A program made the position numbers and the translations under genes. DNA of 64,000 nt, taken from assembly GCA_043228905.1 (NCBI GenBank), contig JBHGNT010000005.1, forward strand, positions 15,190,001 to 15,254,000. The letters are read 5' to 3'. This stretch comes from Azolla caroliniana (taxonomy: Eukaryota; Plantae; Polypodiophyta). Positions 26,797-39,120 of the stretch are shown here, one piece after another. The notes beneath the pieces are model-generated. The model was given only the letters and a program-made list of their open reading frames with translations, had not been told where the DNA came from and searched no databases. Within the stretch, counting starts at the first letter, position 1. Every line of letters starts with the position of its first letter.

Positions 26797-28293
26797 GGCC
26801 GGGAGTGGGTTCGAAGTGCAAGGCACTTTCCCACGGGCGTGCCATGTGTTGGCTGGTCAGAAGAGCAAGGACAAGTGGGAAGGCGGTGTCGGATTGGATA
26901 ATAGGAAGTAAATAATAGTATATTTATTATTCGGAGGGACGGATCCGGTATAGTGGTACCGATCCGGATCCGGACCGATTCGGATGCCGGTTGCCTAAGC
27001 GCACCGATTGTAACCTTGCCGGATGCCTATAAAAGGATCCGATGATTTGTAAATGCTTTACGGAAGTAATACAATTATACTTATTGCGTGTTTATCGTTG
27101 TCTTTGTATTGTTTTACTGTCTGTGCTTAGTGTAATCATCTTACGTGTGTAACCTAGCATCCAATCCTTACCACCCCTTTGGAGAAGTGTCAGATAGACA
27201 CCTGTGTTGAGGCTAGTCTGGCCAGGCATACAACAGTTTTCCCTCAGCTTTGGCTCTGAATCTATGCAAAAGCCGCTCCGCTATCGAGCACCTTTGTTTC
27301 CATCCGTGAAGCCGTGATAAAGGGTTGCCCAATGATCACGGAATGTGAGACCTCATCTTGCGCGAAGAAATTTTGGTCAATCTCCACATCTCCAATCTTC
27401 ATCGTCACATTCGGACAAGCTGCAGATAGGTGTTCCGTTGCTTTAGGGTTTAGCCGCAAATAGGTCTTCCATCCATGATTGGTGTTAATAGGCCACTTCC
27501 CCTTCTGGTAGAAATCCTTGGTTATCAGATTGATCTCCGATCCATGATCGATCAATGCAACTACAGGATCTTTGATGTTTCCAATTCGGACCGGAGTCTC
27601 CGTAATTGCTCGTGCCCAGTGTGACTTTGTGTAGTGAGAGTTTGGAATCGCATCCTCCACTTCCGTGTCATTCATTACGATATTCACATTCACCCTTGGA
27701 GCATTCAATTCTTCCGTAGCTTGCCTCTTTCTCTTCACGAGGTCCACGAGGAGATCGTGGAACTCTTTCTTTGCTATTCCGAGCAATTCCCGTAGAGAAA
27801 TTTCCACCTGACTATCAAGGATTCTCTCTTCGAACACCTTCTTTAGATCCTTCTATTGTTTGATATCCGATGCGAGTTTGAATGCCGGAATCGTTTTCCC
27901 TTTTCCTTTTCATTCGGAATTCCAACTCTCCGATGTCTTCGATGGTCCAGCTACATCATCCATGCATCGTCGTTTCTCATCTACATACACCTCATGTAAT
28001 TGGCATAGGGCGTAAATATTATTCTTGTCTACGGGGCACTCCCATCCCGTAGCCTCTCGGATGCCTTCCGCGATGGTTCAGATCTCATCAGAGTTGGTTT
28101 TCTCGGAGATTTCTAGCATTTCCACAATCGTCACATAATTGCTTTTTGCCGCAATCTCCTCCTCTAGGACCTTCTTCATGCCACCCTTTCGGAAGTTTGA
28201 TCGAAGTGGCTTCCGGGAGTCCATTGAATAGATCCGATTTCCCTCATAGTAGATGAGATCCCGTCGTAGAGCCTCATTGTGCTCATCGCAATT

Positions 28294-29580
28294 TGTTGAG
28301 CGACCAAGCTCAACCGGATCCGGATCGGAGAGCCGGGTTCAAATGCGAACCGGAAGCCTAGTAGTAGCCTAGACTACTAGGTAATCATTGTCTCGTAGTT
28401 AGTGTCAGTCGCTCGTATGAGCATTGAAGTACATAGTACTTCTATCAGTCCTTTTGAGGATTTGTATAAATAGTGTTGTTTAGCACGATGTGTGTACAGA
28501 GTGTTACAGAGTGTTATTATTATTTTTGAATCTATGTTTACGTTTTGCTCTCTCTATCTCTCCCGCGTATACTCTCTATGTATTAAGCTTCTCCATTAAA
28601 CCTTCATCTTATTCTCTGTTGCTATCCGACTGGGCCAGTTCTGTCTAAACGGTTCCACACATTAACATTAACATGGTATCAAAGCGAGAGGGTTGAGAAC
28701 CTCTGCATCCAACACTTGCTTTCGTAGACGAACCCTAGAACCCGGTAACAACAGACAAAGAGAAGATATGGACACAAGAATGACGAGTTCACTTCCAACA
28801 TAGAAACTCGACCGGAGCAACTACACGTCATGGTCATACAAGATGCACCAGTACCTGTTGGGGCATGGATGTTGGAGCTTCGTGGAAGGAATGAACGAGG
28901 CAGCGCCGGAGCTGGCCCACGAGGACTTCCCGGTATGGGAGCAAGGAGCAAGCCGAGTATTGTACTGCCTCGCGTCCTATGCACACGACTAGATGCTCGG
29001 CTACATAAAGGATGGAAAAATGCCGAAGGAGGCCCGACAAGAGCTGAACAACATCCGGCAAAGAGACATGTCGGTTACGGATTACACCACCAAGATAAAG
29101 GAGATTTGTAACGCACTCAGGTCAATCAACGTGACGGTGGACGAAGATGAGATGGTACAAATCTGCCTCGGTGGTCTAGCACAAAGGTACGGGCCAATCC
29201 GGACAACGATATGCACCTGAGAGAAGACACTGACTTTCTTCGACTTGCAATCGATGCTGATGATCAAATAAAACCACACGAGTGGGTCCAGGACCACTCA
29301 ATTGGATGGTCAGATGTTGTATACGGAGACAGATCGGCCCCATGGACGTGGTGGATGTGGTGGGTCGGCACACAATGGAGGCGGTCGGCAAGAGTAGAAC
29401 CGAAGGCACAGAGATGGTGCCGACAGCAGTTCCGGACCCTCCACAAGCAGGGGGAGTCAAAGCGGCGCTGGAAGCTGACAAGGAAAAGCTGTCACGGAAT
29501 GCTGGTACTGTGGCAAAAAGGGCCACAGGGAAAGTGAGTGCTGGAAGAAGGGTGCCGATTCGAACAAATCCGGATCGGGC
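28294..29580 (+). mobile_element. 5' part of a copia element: LTR 28294-~28673, tRNA-iMet PBS, deleted gag
   Basis: TGTTGAGC start; TGGTATCAAAGC at 28674-28685; gag motifs LNNIRQRDMSVTDYTTKIKEIC and CWYCGKKGHRESEC. Confidence 0.85.
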
Positions 29581-29947
29581 AAAACATTCATTCCCCATAA
29601 GGGGGATAAATAGCTACAAGAGTGCTAGATACATAGGGGTGCAAGCCCCCTTGGCCATGCACTAATCACTCACTCACACCTCTTCTTATCTATCCACATG
29701 CACACACACATACGTATCTACTCACACTCACAATTACACTTATAATCGTATACATAATTTACATACATACAACAACATTAGGTTTCTTCACCCTCACTCA
29801 ACTCCCCGTACATCTCATACGGTAACAACGACCGGATCGGTTGCTACAACCAGATCAGCTTCCTCTTTGACCCATTGTCTTTTGGCCCACGTTCGCTTAT
29901 GACTCACAGATAATGTTAGGGTTTCCAACTGCTAACCCCGAGATCAA

Positions 29948-31021
29948 TGTAACGGTTAACTTGCGAATATGGACTAAACATGAGATGAAGACCAAAACCT
30001 TGGGGAAACAAAATGTACAAGATTTATTATACAAGATAAAATAGGGTTTACAATGAACCAACTTAATGCCATGATTCCAATGGCTTTTACAAATAACAAG
30101 CTAAGGTACAACAGAGGGCTAAACGAGACCAATGAAAGTGACTCGAGTGAGCCGCTGGGATCGCGACTCCCACCATTGGTCAAGCCCCGAAGATGGTGTA
30201 GTGTTCCCGTGTCACTCCAGGTCTCCCTTCGACGACCGGCCACCAACTTAGTCCGCCTTTGTGAAAACTATCGCCGCACCAAACAAAGTCCGTTGAGAAG
30301 AGGACGGCCAAACCACCGAGAATGCCACCACCGGAATGCCGAAAGAGCCACCATTGTATAAACCCCAAACCAAACCAAAATCTCTCACGAAGAAGAAGAA
30401 GAAGAGAGAAACACCTGAAACTCTACCATGACCCTAACTCACACGAAAACGAAGGACCCAAAACCCACAAGAAGAAACCCTAAAACTCCCCACCAAGACG
30501 ACAAGGTAGAAGAAACCCGAAACCCTAAAACTGAAATAGGGAGAAGAAGAAGTCTAGAACAAACGAAACCCTAAACGAGAAGAGAGTGGAGAACCAAAAG
30601 AATTCCTAAAGCTTCACTGAAAGAAGAACCCCAAAGAAAGAAGAAGAAGAAGAAAACTACCAAACCATAGAGAAGGGGAAGGAGGAAAAGAAAACCCTAG
30701 ATCTAAGTGGGGCGTGCCCTAATGTCTGAGTGAAGGTCGACGACGTCGACATCGACAGTTCTAGGTTCCCCTTTCTATGATTTGCCTTTCTCTCGATTAG
30801 GGTTTAGTTCTTCTTTTTCTTCTTCTTCTTCCTATCTGGTTAGGTTTTCTTCTAGTTGTGCTCGAGTTCGGCCTAAATGACTATGGTTGTAAATCATATT
30901 CTGGCTTTCGTGCCTTATAATGGAATTCACTTGATGAACCTTGTCTTGCTCTAGTTCTTTATCTTGTTAATCTTTTCACATTGTTCTTCCCCTTTTGTGC
31001 TAGGAAGCTTGTAAGGGTTAA
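29948..31021 (-). mobile_element. Probable ~1.07-kb 3' LTR of an unidentified element
   Basis: Minus-strand purine tract AAAAAGGGGGAATGGGAG precedes T(-)TAACCC; the other end is ...CCGTTACA; many AAACCCTA telo-box motifs inside. Confidence 0.45.
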
Positions 31022-31916
31022 GCTCCCATTCCCCCTTTTACTCCCTAGTCCAAGACCTTTGTGGCCCCGCACAAGACGACAACGTGCAAAGAGGAAAAGA
31101 AGAAGAAGACGAAAAGAAATGCTTCTAGAGAAGAATGAATCCTAGCTTGAGAACAAGAAAACTTCCTGACCTTACTTTTGCCATGATTCCTTTCCTTCAT
31201 CGTTCCTTCAATCGTGGCTTGTTGAGTTGTGTTCATGGAAGAATAAAATCTTATTCTCTTTAGTTGTATCAATTGGTCGATTTACAGATGGATGACTGGA
31301 GAGAGTTTTTCTGGAGAAGATCACTCAGAAAGTCTAGAAAGTACAGAAAACACACAAATTTGAATGGTAACCACTCCTCGATCATTGCGAAGTATAATAA
31401 TGGGATGGAAACAAAGAGGAAAGAATATTTGGCTAGAAGGGCATAAAGTATTCTTTTAGGCCTAAAATAGAAATTCCCAAATCTACGACAATCACTACTT
31501 GGCATGACAACAATCCAATTTAATAGGGATGTAGGCCAATCTATTCTTGAAAGTTACTCGAGAACACAACTAAGGAATTTACTACAAATGGATCCCCTTA
31601 AATTTCAACGTTAATCCTCTCCCTAATTCTTATTCATGCATCCTATAACGTGGCCTCAAGCATGTCAAGGTTTGAGTGGGAAGATCTAGAGGTTGGGAAG
31701 TGTGCATTTGCAGTTACAAGAAATGCAAATTGATACCTTTTGGAGAAGACTGTGAGGTAAGACGGTGCATTTGATTACGAATGCTAGACATCAATGGTGG
31801 CTATAGAGAAGCGAAGGTAGTGGATTGAGAGAAACATGGATATAAAGGTAATGCGGATGAGGAGAAAGATAGATAGACCGGTTGAACGAACAAGATGAAC
31901 AGATAGCCAGACTATA

Positions 31917-34900
31917 GGTCTAGGTCTTGTACAAGTCAACCTTCCATTATTTGTACTCCTAGTTTAGGTCTTTTAATGAGAGATTGTTATACATGTACCC
32001 CTGATACATGCTAAGTGTGAAAAGGCCAAAAACTTGTCTTCCACTTAGTAGTGTGGGGAGAGAGAGAGAGAGTTAGTGAGTGTGACTACATAGCAAAGTA
32101 GATGCCTATAGTTTGTGATTTAGGAGATGTATGCTAGTTAATATCGTTGCCACATTTGGAAGAAAGATTTGGGGTCAGTGTGAATGTATCAAAGCAAATG
32201 CCTACAACTTGTGATTTAAGAGATGTATGCTAGTCAGTATTGTGGACATCTTGGAAATTATGTATTTTAGTGATGCTTATTATATGCAAGAGTGGTATCA
32301 ATCCTCTATGACAGTTTACAGTTGATATTTTGGAAGTTGTATGCTTTCAGTGGTGCGTGTTGCACGAAATATTGGGTATCAATCTTTGACAGTTTGCCAT
32401 AATCTAGTTGGTTACTAGTTTTTGTTGCCCAATCATTGCTTGATACTGTCGTTCACTCCCATGGAGTCTGAAATGTTGGATGTATCTAGTAGCACTTATG
32501 TTGCTCGCAATAGTTCAAGTAAGAACTATTCATTTTTGGGAAAAGATCATATTGAGATCCGGAAATTTGATGGATCTAATTTTGCTTTGTGGAAGAATAA
32601 GATGCGTGATGCATTGGTTCAAAGAAAGCAAATGAGACCCCTAGGTGGCAAAACGAAGAAGTCGAATGACATGGGTGATGATGATTGAGAGGAACTTGAT
32701 GCCTTGACCATGTCCACTATAAGACTACACTTGGCGGATAGTGTCTACTTTACTGTTTTAGACAACAAAAACTCCGAAGAACTTTGGAAAAAGCTATGCA
32801 ATACCTATGAGAAGGAAACTGCAACTAACAAGGTGTATTTTATGAGAAAGCTATATGAACTTCGTATGAAGGATACAGATAGTATTGCGTCTCATTTAAA
32901 TCAGTTTGATGCATTATGGTCGCAATTGCAAGCTCAGAAAATGACCATGGATGATGAGCTGAAAGCTATATTTTTGCTATGCACATTGCCTAGCTCATGG
33001 GACATATTTTGCACCGCTATTAGCGCCAGTGTACCAAACGGGAAATTGGTGTATAATGACATAAGTGGAACACTATTGGACGAAGAAATACGTAGGAAAT
33101 CTATGGTTTCCTCACAAGTTGGAGAGGCATATAATGTTCGAGATTCTGGTTATGGTAAAAATCAGCAACATGGTAGAAGCCATACCAAAAATAGTCATGG
33201 ATATCATGACAAGAGAAGAAGTAAGTCTAGGAAGAGACTTATGGAATGCCATTATTGCCACAAGAAGGGTCACATCAAGAAAGAGTGGTATGCCTTGAAG
33301 AACAAAGAAAAGGAAAAGGGCAAAATTCATGGTGATGGGCATGTTAAATAGTTGACTAGTTCATCATCTTCGCTGAAGATAGAGGAAATAAATGTCGCAT
33401 GCGATGATGGTGTTGACATCTTGGTCATGGATGATGATGCTACCTATGTTGAGGCTAATATTGCTCATGCGCTTGCTCATACATGGTTGTTGGACTCTGG
33501 TGCTTCATTTCATGTGACTCCACATATAGAGTGGTTCACACGATGCGAAGCTAAACCACTTGGTACACTACGACTTGGAGATTCACATCAGTGTGATGTG
33601 ATTGGCATCGGAGATGTCATGGTACAATTTTCTGATGGCTCTTAGTTTACTGTACAAAATGTACTCCATGTGCCTGAGCTAACTCGTAGCTTAATGTCTA
33701 TTGGACAACTTGATAACATTGGTTTTAAAGTGATTTTTGCTGCCCAGTCCTTTCATATTATGAAAGGAAATATGGTTATTGCCAAAGGGAACAAAGTTGG
33801 TTCACTTTATCCATTAGTTGTCCATCAAAAGGAGCATCTTTTGACAGTCACAGAACAACCTATGACTTGTGTTTGGCATGTTCGTTTAGGTCACATGTCT
33901 TGTACTGGAATGGAAACATTATCACATTCTGGCTATTTACCTGTGTTATCATTTTCAAATTTATCTGTTTGTGAGCATTGTCAATATGGTAAACAAATTA
34001 GAAGTGTGCATCAGAATATTAATTCTGATTCATTTACTCAACCCTTGGATCTAGTTCATACATATGTATGTGGCCCTATGCCTACTAGATCATTGGGTGG
34101 AGCTTTGTATTTCGTTACATTTATTGATGATGCCACAAGAAAGGTGTGGGTGTATCCCATAAAGGGAAAGGGTGATGTATACCCCATTTTTAGAAAATGG
34201 CTTCCCTTGGTTGAGACCGAAAAAGGAATAAAGCTTAAGGCTTTACGTTCTGATAATGGAGGTAAGTATACCTCTCATGAGTTCAAAGCTTTTTGTGAGT
34301 TTATGTAGAGAGTTCATGCGTAGAGAGTTAATGCCCCTTACACTCTGGTACAAAATGGTGTGACAGAAAGGATGAATAGAACCATCCAAGACAAAGTTGT
34401 TTCTATGTTGCATCATGCAAATCTGCCGCAAGGTTTTTGGGCTGAAGTAGTTTGAACAGCAGTCCACATGATAAACCTATCACCTAGTACTACGAAAGGC
34501 TTGAAAGTGACACAAGAGTTGTGGACAGGACAAAACCCCAAACTATGATCATCTTAGGGTATTTGGATGTGAAGCGTATGTTCATGTTCCAAAACAATTA
34601 AGGCAAAAGCTAGATTTTAAGAGCAAGAAATGTATTTTCCTTGGCTATGGCGTAGATGGTCAATTTGGATATCGTTTGTGGGATCCTGAAACGCGCACTA
34701 TAGTTAGAAGTAGTGATGTTGTTTTCAATGAAAAGATTATGCATAAGTAGCCAATTAAGGAAGTGGAAGTGAGGAAAGTGGAATTTCAAGATGTTAAACC
34801 CTTTATTAGTGTGCAAAAGGATAACCCCACACCTATATTGAACAGTCCTATAAATGTTCGCCCACATGAGGAAGTTCAAAATGAGGATGCATATGGAGAA

Positions 34901-36958
34901 CCTAAAAACAGTCCGACTCCGGTTTAGCAACCAGTGAGATGATCTACTCGTGTCTCTAGGCCACCTACTAAACTCATGGACTATGTGATGTTAATGGATG
35001 TTGGTGAACCCTCTTGTTATAAGGAAGCTATTTGGCCAATGATCATGCTAAGTGGGAGCGTGCCATGCAAAGTGAATTGGATAGTATTCATAAGAATGAT
35101 ACTCGGGATTTAGTACCTTTGCCAATGGATAGGAAAGCATTGCCATGCAAGTGGGTATACAAGCACAAGTATACATCTGATAGTGTTTCCCCAAAGTTTA
35201 AAGCACGCTTTGGAACCAAAGGTTTCAAGCAAGAACATGGAATTGATTTTGATGAAACCTTCTCTCCTGTAGTTAATATGACCACATTACATATGTTGCT
35301 TTCATTGGTTGCAAATCAGAATTGGGAATTAGTTCAAATGGATGTGAAGACTGCCTTTTTACATGGGGACCTTGATGGGGACATCTATATAGAACAACCA
35401 GAAGGTCATGAAGTCTCGGGAAAATAACATTTGGTTTGTAAACTCAAGAAGAGTTTGTATGGGCTTAAATAGTCCCCTAGATTGTGGTACCATAAGTTTG
35501 ATGCTTTTATGAAGACTCAATGATATACTACAAGCAATGAGGATGCATGTCTTTATATGAAATCTATTCAGATGGGAGTTTTATCACATTGATACTATAT
35601 GTTGATGACATGCTTAATGTTGGTAAAAACAAGGATGAGTTATCCTTGTTAAAGAAAAACTTGGCCCAGAATTTTGAGATGAAGGATTTGGGAGATGCAA
35701 AACATATTCTCGGTATGTGTATTACTCGTGATAGGAGTAAGCGATGCATTTACTTGTCTCAGGCTGAGTACATATCGAAAGTGCTCAAGAGGTTTAATAT
35801 GGAGAATGCAAAGCCGTTGAATACTCCATTGCCTACATATGTAAAACTGAGCACATGTGATTGCCCCACATCTGATGAGGACAAGGAATTCCAGTCCAAG
35901 GTTCCTTATCAATTTGCACTTGGGAGTCTTATGTACACCATGGTGGCTACTAGACCAGACATTGCATTCGCTGTGGGAGCCGTAAGTCGATTCATGTCAA
36001 ATCCTGGTAAGAAACACTAGGATGCAGTCATGTTGAAACTGAGATATCTGAGTGGCACTAAGGATAAGTGCCTTTGTTTAGGCAAAGGGGATACCTCTAT
36101 CATTGGATACACAAATTCAGATTATGCCGGATGCGCTGACAGTAAGAAATCTACTTCAGGGTACATCTTTCAAATTATGGGAGGTGTTATTGCTTGGAGA
36201 TCTCGTCTTCAAGATTGTGTCGCATTGTCAACAACAGAGGCTGAGTATGTTTCAGCCAATGAAGCATGTAAGAAAGCAATTTGGTTGTCCCGATTAGCTA
36301 GTGGCATGGGTATACTGCAATATGTACCCAAATTGTTTTGTGATAGTCAGAGTGCCATTGCTTTGGTTAAGAATTCGATATATCATACGAAGACCAAACA
36401 TATTGGAGTGCGATACCATTTCATTCAAGAATGCATAGCTAATGGTTGTATTAGCCTTGAGAAGGTTGTTTCTCGCGAAAATGCTACAAATGCATTGACT
36501 AAGGCCTTACCACCAGATGCGTTCGAGCATTGTTATTACTTGATGGGAATTACTTAGTGCCTTATGTTACACACTTGTCATGTACATCGTGTAACATGCC
36601 CATCAGGTGGGAGGTATATGTCTAGGTCTTGTACAAGTCAACCTTCCATTATTTGTACTCCTAGTTTAGGCCTTTTAGTGAGAGATTGTTATACATGTAC
36701 CCCCGAGACATGCTAAGTGTGAAAAGGCCAAAAACTGGTCTTCCACTTAGTATTGTGGGGACAGAGCGAGAGAGAGAGTTAATGAGTGTCTGCTTCCTCT
36801 CAGATGTGGCTTTTTTCTGCCCTTTTCTCTGTTGCAAAGATTCGCTACCCCCATTCCATCTCTGTGGTAACCTCCACCTTGTTGTATTGAGAGTTTATTT
36901 ACTGTCCTTGTATTACGATCAAGAACAGAACATACCAATTGTCTCTTGATTTTCTGCT
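31917..36958 (+). mobile_element. Near-complete copia element F (gag-PR-INT-RT-RH ~32461-36557, many stops); truncated 5' LTR 31917-32083; 3' LTR 36619-~36958
   Basis: KFDGSNFALW, CHYCHKKGH, WLLDSGASFH, LRSDNGG, QMDVKTAFLHG, LYVDDML, YHTKTKHIGVRYHF; PPT AGGTGGGAGG; shared LTR start GTCTAGGTCTTGTACAAG; candidate TSD CTATA/CTATT. Confidence 0.9.
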
Positions 36959-38039
36959 CTATTGACTGACAACGCGTATAGGGCTAGAGAAACAGACGGG
37001 ACGAACAATGGTGACACCGAAGCCAAAAAATAGACGGAGACGACGACAATGATGGATAACCGGCCGACGAGTGGAGGAAGCATGGAAAACGATGTCGTAC
37101 AAGGGAAACAACGGCGGTAGCAGAAGGAGAGGACGTAGAACTAGTGGCGGCAATAGAAGGAAAAGATAGAAGAGGTGAGAAGGAAGAAGGGGAATCATAA
37201 GGAGGAAGATGACGAGAACGAGAAAAAAGAAATAGAGCAAGAAGAGAAAGATAGGAGAAGCATGGATAGAGAAAGAAGCAAGCGAGAGAGACAGCGGCAG
37301 AAGTAGAAGGAGACACGGATGGATAGACAGGAAGAAGAGAAGAAATGAAGAGAAAGAGGAAGACAAAACAGAAAGGAGAGAGTGAAAGGAAAATATAGGG
37401 GCATGTGACAAATTTCAGAAACCTGAGGGTACCGGATCAAATTTCAAAAAAGTGAGGGTATATAATACAATTTTATGAACCAAAGGGCAACGACGAAATT
37501 TCAAAAACCCATCAACCTGAAAGAAATGGACATGAATGAATCATGACAACTCACAAAAAATTAAAGTAAGAACAAGCATACACACAACAGGATTTTGGAC
37601 ACATGACGAAGTTCGTGTGCCGACGAAACGAGATGTTCGTGTTGTTGAAGTTGTGTCGATAGAACGGGAATATTTGTGTCGATGAAAATTTGCTGACTTA
37701 AGGAGATGTTCGGGTCAAGCATTCCAATAGAGTGGGCCAATCACAAAGAAGACGGATGAAGTTCTTGTTGAATAGAGATGATGATCAAGGCATGTGGGAT
37801 CCACATGCAATGCATTGTCCCACGGGCGTGCCATAATGTGTTACCGTACGAGATGTACGGATATTTGAGAATGACAAGTGAGGATGAAAGAGTAAAGTAT
37901 TGATGTGTATGTGTAAATGTGCACAAGTGTAAAATTTGTGAGTGGGAGCAGATGTGTATGTGAACACATGCACACGTGTGTGCATATGGACTAACTGATC
38001 GGTCTAACCAGATAACTAAGATATGGTCGGGTGATCGTT

Positions 38040-39120
38040 AAGTAGATGTGGATTCCGACAATTTTTCGGAATCTGTATCGTTGCAAGCTGTTCACCGAAT
38101 TATGGCAAAGCTTCAGTGTTATATCTAGAGGAGTTGTGACAAATCGTCAATTCGTCATGCCGAATTTGTATAGCATATTCAAAACATAATTCCTTTGTGT
38201 TAACAATATGTCATCGGGGGTTCATATCACTTCAATCTTGAGGAAGTAATGAAGGTCCCCAAGATCCTGCATCTCAAATGTTGCCGATAATTGAAACTTC
38301 AATGTCGGCAAGGTCGGCCCTTGTGATGACCAAGTCATTGACATATAGGACTATGCATATTGGGCTTTGTCGTCCTTTTCGGATGAACAAGGAAGTGTCG
38401 AATATTGACGCTTGAAACCCAATCTTACGCAGTCGTTGCATGATTTTTCCATTCCAAGCTCGAGGGGCTTGCTTGAGGCTGTAAATCAACTTCTTTAGCT
38501 GGTAGACTTCTGACTTGTTAAACTCCGATTGAAATCTGGGTCGTTGAATCATATAGACTTGTTCCTCAAGATTTCCTTGCAGGAATGCATTCTTTACATC
38601 CATCTGATGTATATGTCATCGCTTTTCCGCCTAGCAGTACGTGGACCATAGTCATCTTCGTGGTCAGCATGAAGGTCTCGTTGTAGGCGATCCTGTACAT
38701 TTGCACGTAGGATTTGGCCACCTTGACCATGTACGCATAATGGTGGGCCAAGTTCTTGTTGTACCCATATTGATGACGGGGTTCTTGTGGCAAGTCGATT
38801 GGCATAACATCTCGTTTGTCGAGTTCAAGTCCCTCATGGCCGAATCCGACCTCAACTCTTGAGGTCCGCAATCGCTACTCATGGTTCCATCAGATTCAAC
38901 CCGATCCGATGTGCCCTCATTAGTGTGATGCTTTGGCATCTTCTTCTTGCCCTTCTCCATGTGAGAGAGCCTCTTCTTAGGATTCCTCTTCAACAACATC
39001 ACTGTGGATTCTTCCTCTTTGCTTTCCCGCTGGCGGTTTCGGCTTAGCTCCTCACTCGGCCCGCTTAGCCGATATGAAACCGGACTCTCCTGCTGAGTGT
39101 TGATTTCTTCATCAATCGAG
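38040..39120 (-). pseudogene. Copia RT fragment and INT-RT linker
   Basis: MDVKNAFLQGNLEEQVYMIQ, LKQAPRAW, IVLYVNDL. Confidence 0.85.

Larger units (their letters stand above)
17126..27235 (+). mobile_element. Full-length non-chromovirus (Athila-like) gypsy element A with extra ORF
   Basis: 389-bp LTRs at 17126-17514 and 26847-27235 (TG...CA, about 11 substitutions by eye); perfect TSD GTTTT; gag-PR-RT-RH-INT order; no archaeal-type RNase H or chromodomain seen. Confidence 0.95.
13110..28293 (-). mobile_element. Gypsy family-B element (gag/protease 27241-28293; RT-RH-INT 13906-17120; 3' LTR ~13110-13849), split by element A
   Basis: ALIDHGSEINL, DLYSGYNQF, FLDDIP, TVDTSPPGIGW, GHRG...WW...C, IADRGEL, NGKIERGH; PPT AGAGGGGGTGAG before TGTCGTAG; many stops and frameshifts. 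Confidence 0.9.

Noticed and set aside
17515-26826. Many antisense ORFs over element A (and likewise over C)
   Set aside because: Shadow ORFs of GC-rich, purine-biased coding sequence; low complexity and no motifs.
32291-32303. TGGTATCAAT as the PBS of copia F
   Set aside because: It is not adjacent to the LTR end defined by the 3' LTR and recurs at ~32376; the true U5/PBS seems deleted.
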